Assembly: GCA_951406725.2 (NCBI GenBank)
Contig: OX597815.1
Coordinates: 204,290,001 to 204,354,000, forward strand
Reading direction: 5' to 3'
DNA from: Octopus vulgaris
Taxonomy: Eukaryota
DNA: 64,000 nt
In this document: positions 27,029 to 42,034 of the stretch, piece by piece
How the letters are laid out: each line of letters starts with the position of its first letter
Numbering within the stretch: the first letter of the stretch is position 1
Program-made: the position numbers and the translations under genes
The notes under the pieces: generated by a model
The model's input: only the letters and a program-made list of their open reading frames with translations
Databases searched by the model: none
Told to the model about the DNA's origin: nothing

Positions 27029-28557
27029 ATAAGGAGTACATACATCTATTTCGTACACAAATGTATATGATTATTTTTCTCAGTATGTTTGCGTCCACGC
27101 CATATACACACGCTTGATTCTGTGAATATACACATTCTAGGTTACTCAATGGAGAATCTATTCATATCTTCGCTGCCACAAATCTTTGCTGTTATCAATT
27201 TGATGCTTAGGATGTGAAACAGTTCGTTTCGTTCTTTCTTGGAAAATCATAGAACTTTCAGGATGTTGTACAAATATGTACTTGCATAGCAAAGCACAAT
27301 TGTGATAGTAGGTATAAATGAAAATCTAGAACCGGGTACAAGAGCTATATTTTATAAAAAAGCTTACTTCTATGACACCGAATACTCTTTTCGTTGAAAC
27401 GTTCGAAGAGTCTTCTGAATTTCTAATGCTACAGATACATTGTTTCTGATGAACTTCAATGATCCCCAAAACAATACTTTATCTGGATAGTATCGTAATT
27501 TTGGCAAACAACCATAGCTCATGCAATGTGATATCTTGCTGATATTTTGTGGGAGCTACCGATAATATACGCCATATCTTCCATATAGGTGTAACACGAT
27601 CGATATTTTCTATCACAACAAACAGGCATCGGGGCTTTTTCATGTTTTATTGCTGCGGTTTTCTGTTCCTGGATAACGAATACACATTCTCTGGTGGAAG
27701 GTGATTAATCTAGCACAGATGCTAGGGAGATTCTTCTTTCCTCCCAAAGATCGTGACAGCCTTTAACTTGCACAACTTCCTGCAGATATGATAAATGTAT
27801 CGCCTCCCACTTTTGTTCTAATAAGTTAATTCTGCTGCCCTTTGTTCTGATCGGCAAGTCGTATCTGTTTCATATGTATCCGTTCAGGAGTTATTCATCT
27901 AGTTTCCAGATGTTATCATATTCACTGATGACTGCACATATCTCCCTTGGCTGTTCAGCAGGTGTTCACTAATTGACGCAATGTAGCCCTCAAAAGCCAT
28001 CTGGATCATTATTATGTCTCTACTTCCATCCGCCATTTAACATAGACCCTTTTAGTGACAGAGTTCACGTGGAAGTTACCAGTGATGGTCGAATGTTCCT
28101 AAATTTGATATTCAAGTTGCATATCTCTTCAAATGTCCAGTCTATTATCCCCAATTGGTACTGATAGTGGCACTGCAAAAGCATTAAGTGGTATAATTTT
28201 ATTGAATGCTAACAGCTTTGTCTTCCATACATTTCGACGTCTCCTGAAGTTCTCGTTTGTCACTTTATCTTTACACACAACGTCAACGTATGCAATATTT
28301 TTATAAATTCCCCAATGCCATTTGCATCCGTCAACCATATTCCTTCGCTAGTCAACAATCTTTTCTTGACTGACAACTGTGAAGAAAAATGAACATTTAT
28401 ACTGATCAAATTCCATTTTTAAGTCCCGTGAGAAAGTTGTGACCTACTCTGACTCTAGTAGTCTTGAATGCTACCTGAAATCAGCTTTAGTTCAAAGGTA
28501 CGTATAACAATAATTTTTCTCCCTTCTGCATATCCTTGCGTGTAACCTCAACAAGAC

Positions 28558-28647
28558 TGTATGCATGTATGCATGTATGCATGCATGCTTATATGCACAT
28601 ATGCATGAATATATGCATATATGTATGCATGTCTATCTGTATGTATG

Positions 28648-28715
<68 letters not shown>

Positions 28716-28873
28716 TGTATGTATGTATGTATGTATGTATGTGTGTGTGTATGTACATGTGGTATGTGGAATCAGTAACAGAAAATGAGAACCGATGAAG
28801 AGAGAAAAAGGAGTGTGACTGGCATCTGGGGAGAAGGAGTGAGTAGTAAAAGAGTGAAATAAAGAGAGAGTAT

Positions 28874-28956
<83 letters not shown>
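28558..28956. repeat. (ATGT)n and (GT)n microsatellites
   Basis: Read directly. Confidence 0.85.
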
Positions 28957-28958
<2 letters not shown>

Positions 28959-29654
28959 GCGACGCGTTGAGTGAAGACGTATCGTATCACAGACCCAAAT
29001 GGAAAGAGCAGACGACATATCGGGTAACCAAGAGCAGATGGGAAGAAATCAGAACTTTATTTTTTTGTCTCCTATTTTTTTTTTTTTTTTGTATTTTTAA
29101 TGTTAAGATATTAATATCGTTTTGATGCTTCTGACAAGCTTAACAAAGTTTACATTTTAATTAGAATTTAAGAAAAATTATTTTTAAATGACAGCCATTA
29201 AGTGCGAGTAAGTTTGCGCATAAATTTAGTATGTAGATGTGTACGGGGAAGAAAGGGGTATGGGGTATTAGTCAGTTGATTTCTTACATTAAAACATGAA
29301 CACACAATCATAAAGAACGGATATATATATTCGAATTGAATCGAGAAGCAAACATCGTTTAACATCTTAGCTCAGCTCAACGAATACTAATTAATAGACA
29401 ACTACATTGATTCTGTTTAGGTTTGAAGCTAAATATAGACAAGCAAAACGATTTGTTCGAAGCACCTGCCGCTGATTGAATTGTCCCATCAGGTGAGTCA
29501 TTCCTTAGTTATCTTTTAAGTTGTCACACCTATTAGGGTTAATTCAATTAATTATATTATATTTCATTGTAATGTTGAGATCCGTCAGTACTGGCAAGTT
29601 ACATGTATGGATCAAAACAATTTCATTCAAATTCGTTGGTACTCTTGAGTTTCA

Positions 29655-29693
<39 letters not shown>

Positions 29694-30859
29694 CTTGGCC
29701 CTCACATTCTTTAACTCCGACTTTTCCTCCTCGTTTATCACCCCTGTACCTTTCCCTTTGTCTCTTTGATTTCTTTTTCTGATCCTTCAATCCCGCTGCC
29801 CCACTAATCCTTCTCTCCACATTCCACGTGACCGGTGTCCAACCAGCCATGGTCTTTCGTTCTTGGCCTCACTGCCGACCTCCAACACCCCTAATGTCCA
29901 TCTCCTATGTTCTTGCCTTTAGGCATTCACTTCATACACGCCAGCTCAATTTGAAATCCCTGAAGAAGTTGCCTTCCCTTATCTGCGTATCTACAAACTT
30001 TCAAGTTTCGTATCATCTTGTGTACTCTCATATAGTCCCATCCAAAACGGATGCGACTGCCAACTTTTTTTAATAGATGCTTCAAGAAATGTGGAAAGTT
30101 ATTTCACATGAAATAACTTCCATTGAGAGCACTATTAATGTGTATCCACCATATGCAGTACTGAGCAATCATTCTCACTGTTCTATAACTACTGTATAGG
30201 TTGTTGTGTGTGTAGATATGTGTGTATATTTATATAGATAGGTGGTTTTGTGTCGATATACTACCTTGCCTGTTTGTTTATGCAGGATTGCATTCTCTAA
30301 TATGTCCTTTCCTAATTGAAGACAATTCGTTATATATATTGAAGACAATTTGGCTGATATATTTATCAGATCAAGTTGTGACTTTCCTTAAATGGTTGGA
30401 AGTAAATTTAGTTGTTTTATATCAAGTCGTATCTGAACAAAACAATAGTGAAAGGTCTATATTAAAAATACATTTTTAATATAGCCTTTATTAAGACGTT
30501 AGGGTGTGGCTTAAGAGATTTAGCTGCTTTTTTCACTGGGTTAAGTGATCATGTGTTAGATTTCCGTTCAACAAAGTTGCCTGAAAACTTTTCTCTTTTG
30601 CTTACTCATCCGCCGTCTTATGCTCTGAATCTCATATCCAGATTAAGTAGATGGCTAAAATAACAGGCAAGTCAGTTGGGTCCCCTTCATAGACAGTGTG
30701 AGTTTTCATTTTTTTTTTTAGTGAGTGTCATAGAAAATACAGTTTATTCTCGTTAACAACTCGTTAACATCATCAGAATAAGATTCGTTTTTTTTATGAT
30801 ACCAACAAAAGATAGATTACACAATCCGACAGTTATTTTGATGCCGGGACGTTTTTACC

Positions 30860-31700
30860 TGCTTTGGAGATTTTTTCATGCGCTGAATCCAAATCTGGAA
30901 TCCATTTTTTCCCTCACGTCTTGATTCCAAGACACCCAATCATTAGTAGATGATATGCGTGGACTTTAAGATCGTCAATTTTTTTCCTGGGGCAACAAAA
31001 AAGGATACACCAAATAGTCATGCTTTTTTCTTAATGTGAGAGAGCAGAGACATAGAAAAACACTGGGTAATCAAAGAATGGCCTCAGCAAACACTAGTTC
31101 CAGGGATTTTTAATGTTTGAAGAGCCTTTTGTTCAACCGGCAGAAAATCATCCTACCTCCACTCAAATATGGCATTTCGAAGCAGTTTCTTAAAGCTCTT
31201 TATAAAGATGAACCATGCTTTCACAATATCTGCAGCACATTATCCGGTCTGAGCAGTGAAAAGATAAAAGCTGGAATATTTTATGGGCCTCAAATCAGAA
31301 AATTGATGAAAGACGGGAACTTAGTATATTTAATGAATTGTATTGAAGCAGCAGGATAGAATTCATTTTTAATGGTTGTAAAATGAGTTCCTAGACAACA
31401 AGAAAGAAGCCAACTGCACCAGAATAATGGAAAACATACCGAAGAACTTTCAAAAGTGGAAGCAAATAGGATCGCTAAGCTGCACAGACACCTTGAGAAA
31501 TTCTCTGAAAATTCTGGAATCACAAGCGACGATCAGGCAAAACCATTCCATCAAGACATGAAATCAGTGGAACGAAGATATCGAGACTGATGAGACTTGC
31601 ATATGTTGGCGGACTAATGCTGGAACTCCACTCGTGATCTTTCTGGGGTTCAGTACTCAAGAGGATCATTCAATTGCAAATTCATGGAAAATTAGGTATA
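30860..31700 (+). mobile_element. Decayed DNA transposase, Chapaev3-like (CMC superfamily)
   Basis: IILPPL..G..KQFLKAL.KD..CF..I...LS.EKIKAGIF.GPQIRKLMKD and SDDQAKPFHQDMKSVERRY; family assignment is from recalled motifs. Confidence 0.6.
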
Positions 31701-31924
31701 ACCTGTGATGTGGTTTGTCTGTAGACATTTTAAGGTTTTTATTAGCTTTTCAGTAGAATTTTTAGAAAACATTCTGTTTTGAAAATAAATAAATAAATAA
31801 ATAAATAAATGGGGAATTGGAAGGGGGATCCCCCTTCTCTTTCTCCCTCCCTCTACCTATCTATCTATCTATCTATCTATCTATCAATCTATCTATCTCT
31901 CTGACTATCCATCTATCTGTCTAT

Positions 31925-31970
<46 letters not shown>

Positions 31971-32535
31971 GTGTGACTATCCATCTATCTGTCTATCTAT
32001 CTATCTATCCATCCATCTATCTATCAACCTGTCTACCTACCTATATTTCTATCTATCCATCTCTATTTTCAATGGAACCTGACCCAAAACAAAAACAAAA
32101 CAAAAAGAATGTTCTCTTCTTTTAAACAAAACCCAAAACAACTTCTGTTTATATAAATGAACATCTGTTTGTACATTCACAAAATTATATTTGACAATTT
32201 CGAAAAACGAACGAAAGCGCTAATTAATAATGAAGAAATAAAAGGATATTTTTTCCAAAAATTCTGAAGTGTTTCAGTCTTCAGTTGCGTATGTGTCTGT
32301 ATGTGTGCTTGTCTGTTCATATTACCTATGTACCTATCCGTCTGTATGTCTATCTGTTTATATTCATATCCATTTGCCTACATATATATGCATATACATA
32401 TAGGTATACGCACACGCATACACAAATCTACCTAACAGCCCACTAACTATTCTACCTGTATATAAATATAAACTGTGCGTATGAGGTATGATTATCTACT
32501 ACATATATTTATTTAGTACTGGGGATGTTTCATGT

Positions 32536-32582
<47 letters not shown>

Positions 32583-32592
32583 CATATATATA

Positions 32593-33840
32593 TGAGGCCA
32601 TAAAGAATAAAATGTCCGATTTTGAACGGAAAGCTCATAGTACTTTATCTTAATAAAAAGCAATGACGTTAATGAAAGTATGCGCCTAAATTATCAACAC
32701 AATTTTCCCATTTTATCGGCACCTTGTTTATGCCGGCAGCCAAGAATTCTGGAGGCCAAGAGGTGATGATATCATGAAAGGCTGTTTTTGCATCTGTTTT
32801 AGATTTGAAGTTTTTTTCCATGTAAAAAACTTGTTGAATGCCTGAAAAACGTGATAGTCAGTTGATGCAAGGTCTGGTGAATATGGCGGATGACAGAGTA
32901 CTTCCAAGTTCACTTCCTGTAACTTGAGTAGCTTTCTTTGTGCAACATGTGGTCGAGCATTGTCTTGCAAGAGAATTGGCTCGTTTCTATTGACCAATCT
33001 CGGTTGTTTAATTGCAAGTTCATTCACCATTTCATCCAGCTGGTTGATGTATACATACGCTATAATTAACTTACCATGTCTCATGAGGCTGTAGTGAATG
33101 ACACCAGCGCTGGACCACCAAACAGACACCATTAGCTTTTTGGCTGAATATTCTTTTTTGGATTGAATTATTTTGGCATTTCTTCTCTATCCAAGCATCG
33201 TGCAGAATGCTTACTATTGAAAAGAATCCATTTTTCATCACACGTAACAATACGATGCAAAAATGGTTCGCTTTTATGCCGTGACAGCAAAGAACAGCAA
33301 GTTTCAAGACGACGTGTCATTTGATGCTCGTTCAGTTCGTGTGGTACCCACTTGCCCAACTTCTTTACTTTGCTGATTTGTTTCAGATGGTTCAATACAG
33401 TTGGAATCGAAACATCAAACCTTGCTGCTAACTCACACTAGTCTGAGATGTATCCGCTTCCACTACAGCTTCCAGCTCATCATTATCCAGCTTGGTCTCA
33501 GGTCTACCAAGGGGCTGATTTTTAAGAGTAAAGTCACCAGACCTGAACTTTTCAAACCATCGACGTACAACGCTCTCATTTTAGCCACATCTTCACCAAA
33601 CACCTCATTGATGTTTCGAGCTGTCTGGGATGCATTGATTCCTCGATGGAACTCATATTCATAAACGGCATAAATTTTTGTTCTGTCCATGGGTTCACAA
33701 AAACTGATTTACAAGAGAAAACTCATAATATAATCAGACACAATGAATTGCATTAGGAAAATCGATGATGTAACTCTTCAATGTTGTAAAACAAAGAATT
33801 GTCAGGATAAAACATTAGAGTTAACGACTGTCAAACTATA
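32593..33840 (-). mobile_element. Mariner (DD34D) transposon, pseudogenised
   Basis: WVPHEL, IVTCDEKW, LLQDNARPH, HPPYSPDLASTDYH across frameshifted ORFs 33690-32728; (TA)n flanks. Confidence 0.93.
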
Positions 33841-34103
33841 TATGTTTATATATATATATGCGTGTGTGTGGGGGGGTGTATGTGTGTATATATATGTATG
33901 TATGCATGTATGCATATAAGTGTGTGTATGCATGTATGTGTGTGTGCGCGTATGTAAGTGGAAGCCTTACCGGTTAGTATGTTAAGTGATGAGGCACTTA
34001 AAGAGAATGACTCTCCTCACACACAACAAAACATGCTTCGACACACGAACTCACATAAAGAATCTTGCAACCAAATCCAAATACGAAATATATATATATG
34101 TGC

Positions 34104-34134
<31 letters not shown>

Positions 34135-34239
34135 TGCGTGTATGTATGTATGTATGTATGTATGTATGTATGTATGTATGTATGTATGTATATATGTATG
34201 TATGTAAGTATGTATGTATATATGCATGCCTGCATGTAT

Positions 34240-34359
34240 GCATGTTCCGGGTTCAGTCCCACTGCATGGCACCTTGGGCGGGTGTCTTCTACTATAGCCT
34301 CAGGCCAACCAAAGCCTTGTAAGTGGATTTCGCCGACAGAAACTGAAAGAAGCCCGTCG

Positions 34360-34390
<31 letters not shown>

Positions 34391-34612
34391 ATGTGTGTGT
34401 GTGTGTATTTGTATGTTTGTGTTTGTCACCCAGCCATCGCTTGACAACCGATACTGGTGTGTTTACGTCCCCGTCACTGGCAATTCAGCAAAAGAGACCG
34501 ATAAAATAAGTACTAGGCGTACAAAGAATAAGTCCTGGGGTCGATATCTTCGACTAAAGGCGGTGCTCTAGCATAGCCGCAGTCAAATGCCTGAAACGAG
34601 TAAAAGAAAAGA
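34240..34612 (+). mobile_element. SINE family A, 5'-truncated
   Basis: Homology to 25077-25474. Confidence 0.85.
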
Positions 34613-34709
34613 ATTATATATATATATGTGTTAGAGGAAAAAAGAAAAACAGACAAAACGAGTATCTCAAGTCATTTAGAATAATCTAATTAGGGAAGGA
34701 GAATTTTAA

Positions 34710-34785
34710 GTCTTACAGCTGTTTCTGGGATAAACCAAGTGGTTGGTTAGCATGTCCGTGCACTGCGCATTCCGTCATCAGAGAC
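34710..34785 (-). ncRNA. Minimal type I hammerhead ribozyme
   Basis: Exact reverse complement of 35354-35429. Confidence 0.7.
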
Positions 34786-34847
34786 AAGGTATGAATAGTT
34801 TAGACGGGGAACATTTACAGTTTACAATGAATAAAATTCACAGTTTA

Positions 34848-35246
34848 TCTTTAAATATAAAAGTGAGGTTGTGTGCTGTCTGTCTCCTACGATTTAGATT
34901 CCTAACTACTCCCACATTTTGCGGTGCAGTTTAACCAAAACCGGGTATCTTATAGTCGTGATTCATATCGAGCCCTTCTGGGTATTAGCGCGCGTCTACG
35001 ATGAGTCTACGATTTAAAAAAAAATTTACTATCATTTTTTCCCATTTTTAATGCATTTTTGGCATATATAAGAAAAGTAACTCTCTAAAAATGTATTATT
35101 AAATCTCAGAACGTAAAAAGCTACAGTTGCACCCCCTCCCTTTTGTGGTTAGCCATATTGAGATGGCTATTATACTTTACATCTCTAAAAATGCTTATAT
35201 AGTTATTTGCCTTACAAACCCGAGCAACGCCGGGCGATAGTGCTAG
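34848..35246 (+). mobile_element. Non-autonomous Helitron
   Basis: A|TC start, CCCGAGCAACGCCGGG hairpin, CTAG|T end; second copy at 42892-43197. Confidence 0.88.
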
Positions 35247-35353
35247 TAAGGAATAAAATAGAAGAATAAACTACTTTTACTTTTAATCTTTATTCTTCTA
35301 TTTGATTCCATATAAACTGTGTAAATTTTCCCAGTCTAAAATATTCATACTTT

Positions 35354-35429
35354 GTCTCTGATGACGGAATGCGCAGTGCACGGACATGCTAACCAACCAC
35401 TTGGTTTATCCCAGAAACAGCTGTAAGAC
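35354..35429 (+). ncRNA. Minimal type I hammerhead ribozyme
   Basis: GTCT-CTGATGA-(imperfect stem II)-GAAA-CAGCTG-TA-AGAC; palindromic stem III. Confidence 0.7.
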
Positions 35430-35679
35430 TTAAAATTCACCTCACCCTAATAAAATTATTCTAAATGACTTGAGATACTCGTTCCACCTTGGTTTTGATT
35501 TTTCCTCTAATATAATATATGCATGCTATAACGGAACCCTAACACGGATCCCTAGATCCAGTCTTAGCTGTGATCTTGGAACCTAATGGTCGGTCAACTA
35601 TAACGCTTACCCAGCTTACCTATTTGTTTAGATCACAGGTGAACGAAACCCCTCATATTATATATATATATATATATAG

Positions 35680-36120
35680 TGTGTGTGTTCTTTGTGTTTG
35701 TGCGTGTTCCCCACCACCGCTTGATAACTGGTGTTACTTCTTTTACGACCCCAGTAACTTAGCGGATCGGTAATAATAGATCGGTGAGCTGGCAGAAACG
35801 TTAGCACGCCGGGCGAAATGCGTAGCCGTATTTCGTCTGCAGTTACGTTCTGAGTTCAAATTCCGCCGAGATCGACTTTGCCTTTCATCATTTCGGGGTC
35901 GATAAATAAAGTACCAGTCACGCACTGGGGTCGATGTAATCGACTTAATCCGTTTGTCTGTCCTTGATTGTCCCGTCTGTGTTTAGCCCCTTGTGGGTAG
36001 TAAAGAAATAGGTAATAATAGATCGGTAGAATAAATAACAGGCTTTAAAAAAATACTAGGGTCGATTTGCTCGACTAAACCTTCCAAGTCGGGCCCCAGG
36101 ATGGCACAGTCTAATGACTA
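35680..36120 (+). mobile_element. SINE A 3' fragment interrupted by a SINE B copy
   Basis: SINE B at ~35783-36010; TSD GGTAATAATAGATCGGT at 35769-35785 and 36011-36027. Confidence 0.85.
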
Positions 36121-36149
36121 TTAGAACCAAGATATATGCGAATACATGT

Positions 36150-36539
36150 GTGCATAGCTTTCCTCCCAACCATGTTGTTCTGTTCCACTGCGTGACACCT
36201 TCGGCAAGTGTCTTCTATTATAGCCCCAGGCCAGTTAGAGCCATGTAAGTGGAATCAGTAGACAAAAACTGAAAGAAGCCCGACGTATATGTATGAGTAT
36301 ATATATATATATATGTGTGTGTGTGTACGTGGGTGTGTGTGTGTAAGTATGTATGTGTGTGTGTGAGTGTGCATTTATTTATGTCATTATTCAGTTTTAT
36401 TTCAAGATTTCTTGCCAATAGAAAAAGAGTCTGTTTCTAACCTAGTTCAAGCCTCCTTCATTGAAATGTCAGCACCAACATGGCATTTTTGTATGTATGT
36501 ATGTATGTATGTATGTATGTATGTATGTATGTATGTATG

Positions 36540-36573
<34 letters not shown>

Positions 36574-37250
36574 TGTATGTATGTTTGTATGTATGCATGC
36601 ATGTATGTATGTATGTATGTATGTATGTATGTATGTATGTATGTATGTATGTATGTATGTATGTATGTATGTATGTATGTATGTATGTATGTATGCATGC
36701 ATGTATGTATGCATGCATGTATGTATGTATGTATGCATGTATGTATGTATGTATGTATGTATGTATGTATGTTTGTATGTATGTATGTATGTATGTATGT
36801 ATGTATGTTTGTATGTATGTATGTATGCATGCATGTATGTATGTATGTATGTATGTATGCATGCATGTATGTATGTATGTATGTATGTATGTATGTTTGT
36901 ATGTATGTATGTATGTATGTATGTATGCATGCATGTATGTATGTATGTATGTATTTATGTATGTATGTATGTATGCATGTGTGTATGTATATATGTATGT
37001 ATATATGTATGTATGTACCTATGTGAGTGTGCGTGTGTCTTTGTGTCTGTGTTTGTCTACCACCTCCGCTTAACAACTGGTGTTGATGTGTTTACGTCCC
37101 CGTAACTTAGCGGTTCAGTAACAGAACCTTAACGAATCAGTACTAGGCTTAATAAAATAAACCCTAGGGACTATTTGTTCGACTAAAACTCTTCAAAGCG
37201 TTGCCCCAGCTAGGCAGCATTCTATTGACTGAAACAACAAGAAAAAGATA
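36150..37250 (+). mobile_element. SINE A split by a LINE-tail insert and a ~530-bp (ATGT)n expansion
   Basis: 5' half 36150-36290, 3' half 37030-37250. Confidence 0.75.
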
Positions 37251-37299
37251 AACGATTAAAAGATATATAAGGATATATACACACACAAAAATACATATA

Positions 37300-38137
<838 letters not shown>

Positions 38138-38351
38138 TTCACTTGGCTTATGTGAGAGCGCACCTGCGTGTGTATAAACAGGATTTACATATATACTTCT
38201 TAGTATGCGCATACCCAGTTGTCAACATCTGACCTTCATCTCCACCCTTTCCATGTCTCTTCTCCTTGTCTCACTCCCTACCCTCCGCTTTTTGCCTCTC
38301 CTCCGGTGTATCATACATGTGCATGTGGTTGAGAGAAAGAGAGAGAGAGAG

Positions 38352-38391
<40 letters not shown>

Positions 38392-38946
38392 TGCCTGTCT
38401 GTCTGTCTAACTCTCTGTACAAACATATGCATGCATATGTGTGTACGTACGTATGTATGTATGTATGTATGTATGTATGTATGTACGTATGTATTAGGTA
38501 TGTATTATGTATGTACGTACGTATAAGTGCTTATTTTCTGATGCAATAGCAAGAGTTTGTTTAACGAAAATGAATTATAAAAATTCACATTAAATTTCTG
38601 TGCTAGAATGTTTCTTTAGAAAATAGAGGGAAATTTTATTTTTTAAAGCAATCAAATATGAAATAAAGTAGCTAAGATCATGTTATATCGTTGCTAAAGA
38701 TGTGTTAATATTTTGCATAGCAAAATAGGCGAAAGAGATATAAAAGAACAAAAAAAAAACTTTATAGATAACAACGAAACATTCTTTTTATGTTTTGAAA
38801 TATATTTTGGTCGATTCGTGATTAAATCTCTGTTGAACAACCCACACAAATATTGATAACATTGTGCGTGCTTGTATATGTTGAATATGTGCGTATATGC
38901 TCGTGTGTTGTGTGTGTGTGTGAAAATACACATTCATTCGCACAGG

Positions 38947-39036
<90 letters not shown>

Positions 39037-39620
39037 CTGATAGATAGATATAAACACGGCGGCTTGAAGAAAATGGATAAATTGATGGACAGTGCTCATG
39101 ATTTCAAATCTTTGCAAATTGTTATTTAACATGGCTTTCTCTCTGTTATTATTCATAAGTCTCTGCAGTCGGAGTGCTTAACAAGTATAAAAATGAAAAT
39201 TAATTTCCCCACTCCCACGCTGACATGATCATGAAATGGTGGGAGACGAAGCTACCTACAAAGAAACCAGACATGAACCGCCGCCAACATTAAGAAAATT
39301 CATTAAATAACAAAGATCAACTGATATTTCAGTCCTAAACTAGTCTGCCAGAGCCGAAATATAAATATAAATGTATCGATATGAAACGGTCTCAATAAAC
39401 TCAGCGACTCTTGGATGCATTCATGAACGCCTACGCGATTTACTCCATATAAAATCCAAGAGATTCCCTGTAGTTATTTTTTTGAAAGTTTATTTCATCC
39501 CACTTCTTTTATTATTCCGTTCTTCGTTGACCTGTATACGATCTCGATTGGATGAAATAATAAAAATATTTTTCAAACATTGATCGTGTTTTCAAACTTA
39601 TTCATACAATTTACATTTAC

Positions 39621-39683
<63 letters not shown>

Positions 39684-39740
39684 TGTGTGTGTATCTCTGT
39701 GTGTGTCTTTGCGTATATGTATATATATATATATATATAT

Positions 39741-40203
39741 GGCTTCCCTCCCCTCTCACATCCATGACACCAACCACGCGCTTCGTTTGTTCAACTGTTT
39801 CTCCTTCCCCTCTGGCCCCTCTAAACTTCTCTTCACCCTCGACATCCAAAGCCTTTACACGGTGATCCCTCACCACGAGGAGCTGCGTGCACTCCAACAT
39901 TTCCTTGACCTTCGATCCAACTCCGAACCTGACACATCCATACTCATTCGTCTGGCCGAACTTGTCCTCTCACTTAACTGCTTCTCGTTCGCGGGTGATT
40001 TCTAACAGCATTGCTCGGAAGTGGCTATGGGAACAAGAATGGGCCCCAACTATGCAAACATGTTCGTTGGCTACGTCGAGGCCCAAATATTCTCAAGTTT
40101 CACTGGTCCCACTCCCAAACTATACGTCCGTTATATTGACGATAGTATCGGTGCGACCTCACTCTCCCACGAACATCTAGATTCCTTCCTCTCTTTTGTC
40201 AAA
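39741..40203 (+). mobile_element. PLE reverse transcriptase fragment
   Basis: LPSHIHDTNHAL, LLFTLDIQSLYTVIPH, VAMGTRMGPNYANMFVG, YVRYIDD. Confidence 0.92.
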
Positions 40204-40206
40204 TCT

Positions 40207-40950
40207 TTAGTAGGAAGAGAAGGGATAAATTAATAATAGATAGGGAACAGTATGTTTGCTGTATGTATGGAAATGTGTGGATGTGTGCTTGTGCTAATGA
40301 GTGCGTGCGTTTGTGTCTGTGTATATGTGTGTGTATAACTGCATTTGTGTCTGTGTGTGTGATTGTGTGTGTGAGAGAGAGAGACAGATGCCAAAGATAG
40401 ATAGTAGGAAGGGAAATGCAGTTATACACACACACATACACACACACAAACGCACGCACTCATTAACACAAGCACACATCCACACATTTCCATACATACA
40501 GCAAACATACTGTTCCCTACCTATTATTAATTTATCCCTTCTCTTCCTACTATCTATTTTTAGCATCAATTCTTCTAACGGTTTTTTTAAAGAAACACTC
40601 ATTATCGCTTTGTTTACCATGTAGGCAATCATCGAAATTTTTGTTTGTCTTGTTGTCGAGAGAGGCTACCTTTCTTTCTTGATGAGAAGATTGCATAATG
40701 CACCCTTTATTCCTTTGGTATGAGAACATGCTGTCTTCGAAACACGTGTCGAGAGTAAAGGAATTTTGTTAACATCTTCGTTCGACTCCATTCTTTCATT
40801 TATTCATATACAACACACAAATTTCTACAAATGAACCCGGAGTTTCTACCCTTGACAGGTCGCTTCAACCGTGTTTTCTGACGTGAATTTGCTACCCAGA
40901 TTTCGGTTGAACGAATTTTCCATGCTGACGATAAACATAGAATAATTCAT
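40207..40950 (+). mobile_element. PLE-type terminus with 5' inverted segment
   Basis: 40207-40346 is the reverse complement of 40414-40552; hammerhead downstream. Confidence 0.7.
40674..40755 (+). ncRNA. Minimal type I hammerhead ribozyme (C3U variant)
   Basis: CTTTC-TTGATGA-GAAGA...TCTTC-GAAA-CACGTG-TC-GAGAG. Confidence 0.7.
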
Positions 40951-40998
40951 TCACCTACTTAAATATATATATATATATATATATATTCCCCATGCATT

Positions 40999-41073
<75 letters not shown>

Positions 41074-41079
41074 TTGTTT

Positions 41080-41120
<41 letters not shown>

Positions 41121-41135
41121 CCCATACACATACCA

Positions 41136-41210
<75 letters not shown>

Positions 41211-41567
41211 TTGGTATGTGTATATATTGCTAAATGTATATGTATTTTAGGATGTTAGTTTTTTGTGAAAGTTTTTGGAACGGATATATCTTTTAATTTA
41301 TTTAAATTCATTATTATATTTTACCACTAATTATTTACCCTGAGTATTCAAGTCTTTTTTCCTTCTTCATAAGCTATTTTTGATTTAAGATTTTCTTGGA
41401 TTTTAATAATAATATGATTTTAAACCGCAATTGTAATTTCATGCAACCTGTTATCGCAAAGATAGTTAGTTGAAAGGACGAATGAAACAAAACCATTTTC
41501 AAATATGTATCTATCAAAATAATTATATATAACCATTTAATCTTATTTTGTTCCATTCTAATCAAAA

Positions 41568-41605
41568 CTATCCGACGAACGGAAACGTGAAACTCTGACT
41601 AATAG
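41568..41605 (+). ncRNA. Minimal hammerhead-like motif with CCGANGA core
   Basis: CTAT-CCGACGA-ACG-GAAA-CGT-GAAA-CTCTGAC-TA-ATAG; homolog at 62893-62930. Confidence 0.6.
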
Positions 41606-41708
41606 GTTTTGTGATATTTTTTCTGCTTTTTTGAGGAAGAATATTACTCTACCTCCTGTATTCGAGTACTATTTTTTACACCTTGTTTCGCATTTATGTG
41701 CTTACTCT

Positions 41709-41779
<71 letters not shown>

Positions 41780-42034
41780 ATGCGTGTGCGTGTGTGTGTG
41801 TGTGTGTACTAGTCCAAACATGCTATCTTAGTATCATATATTTGTATAATATATATACATAAGTATACATATAGAATGCATGGGGAATAGTATTCAATAA
41901 AATGTGGTGAGTAGAGTATCTGAAGATATTTGTTTCACTCTTTAGGCTCAGAAGCCTGTAAGCTACTTGTAGATAGGAAAAAAGGAAAATAACATTGAAT
42001 CAGTAAAGAAAGAATGATATTTACCGTACTATAA

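Larger units (their letters stand above)
34631..35510. mobile_element. Inverted pair of hammerhead-bearing PLE-type termini
   Basis: ~34631-34835 is the reverse complement of ~35305-35510. Confidence 0.8.

Noticed and set aside
27440-28420. Possible decayed transposase on the minus strand
   Set aside because: Coding-like composition but multiple stops and no motif I can identify
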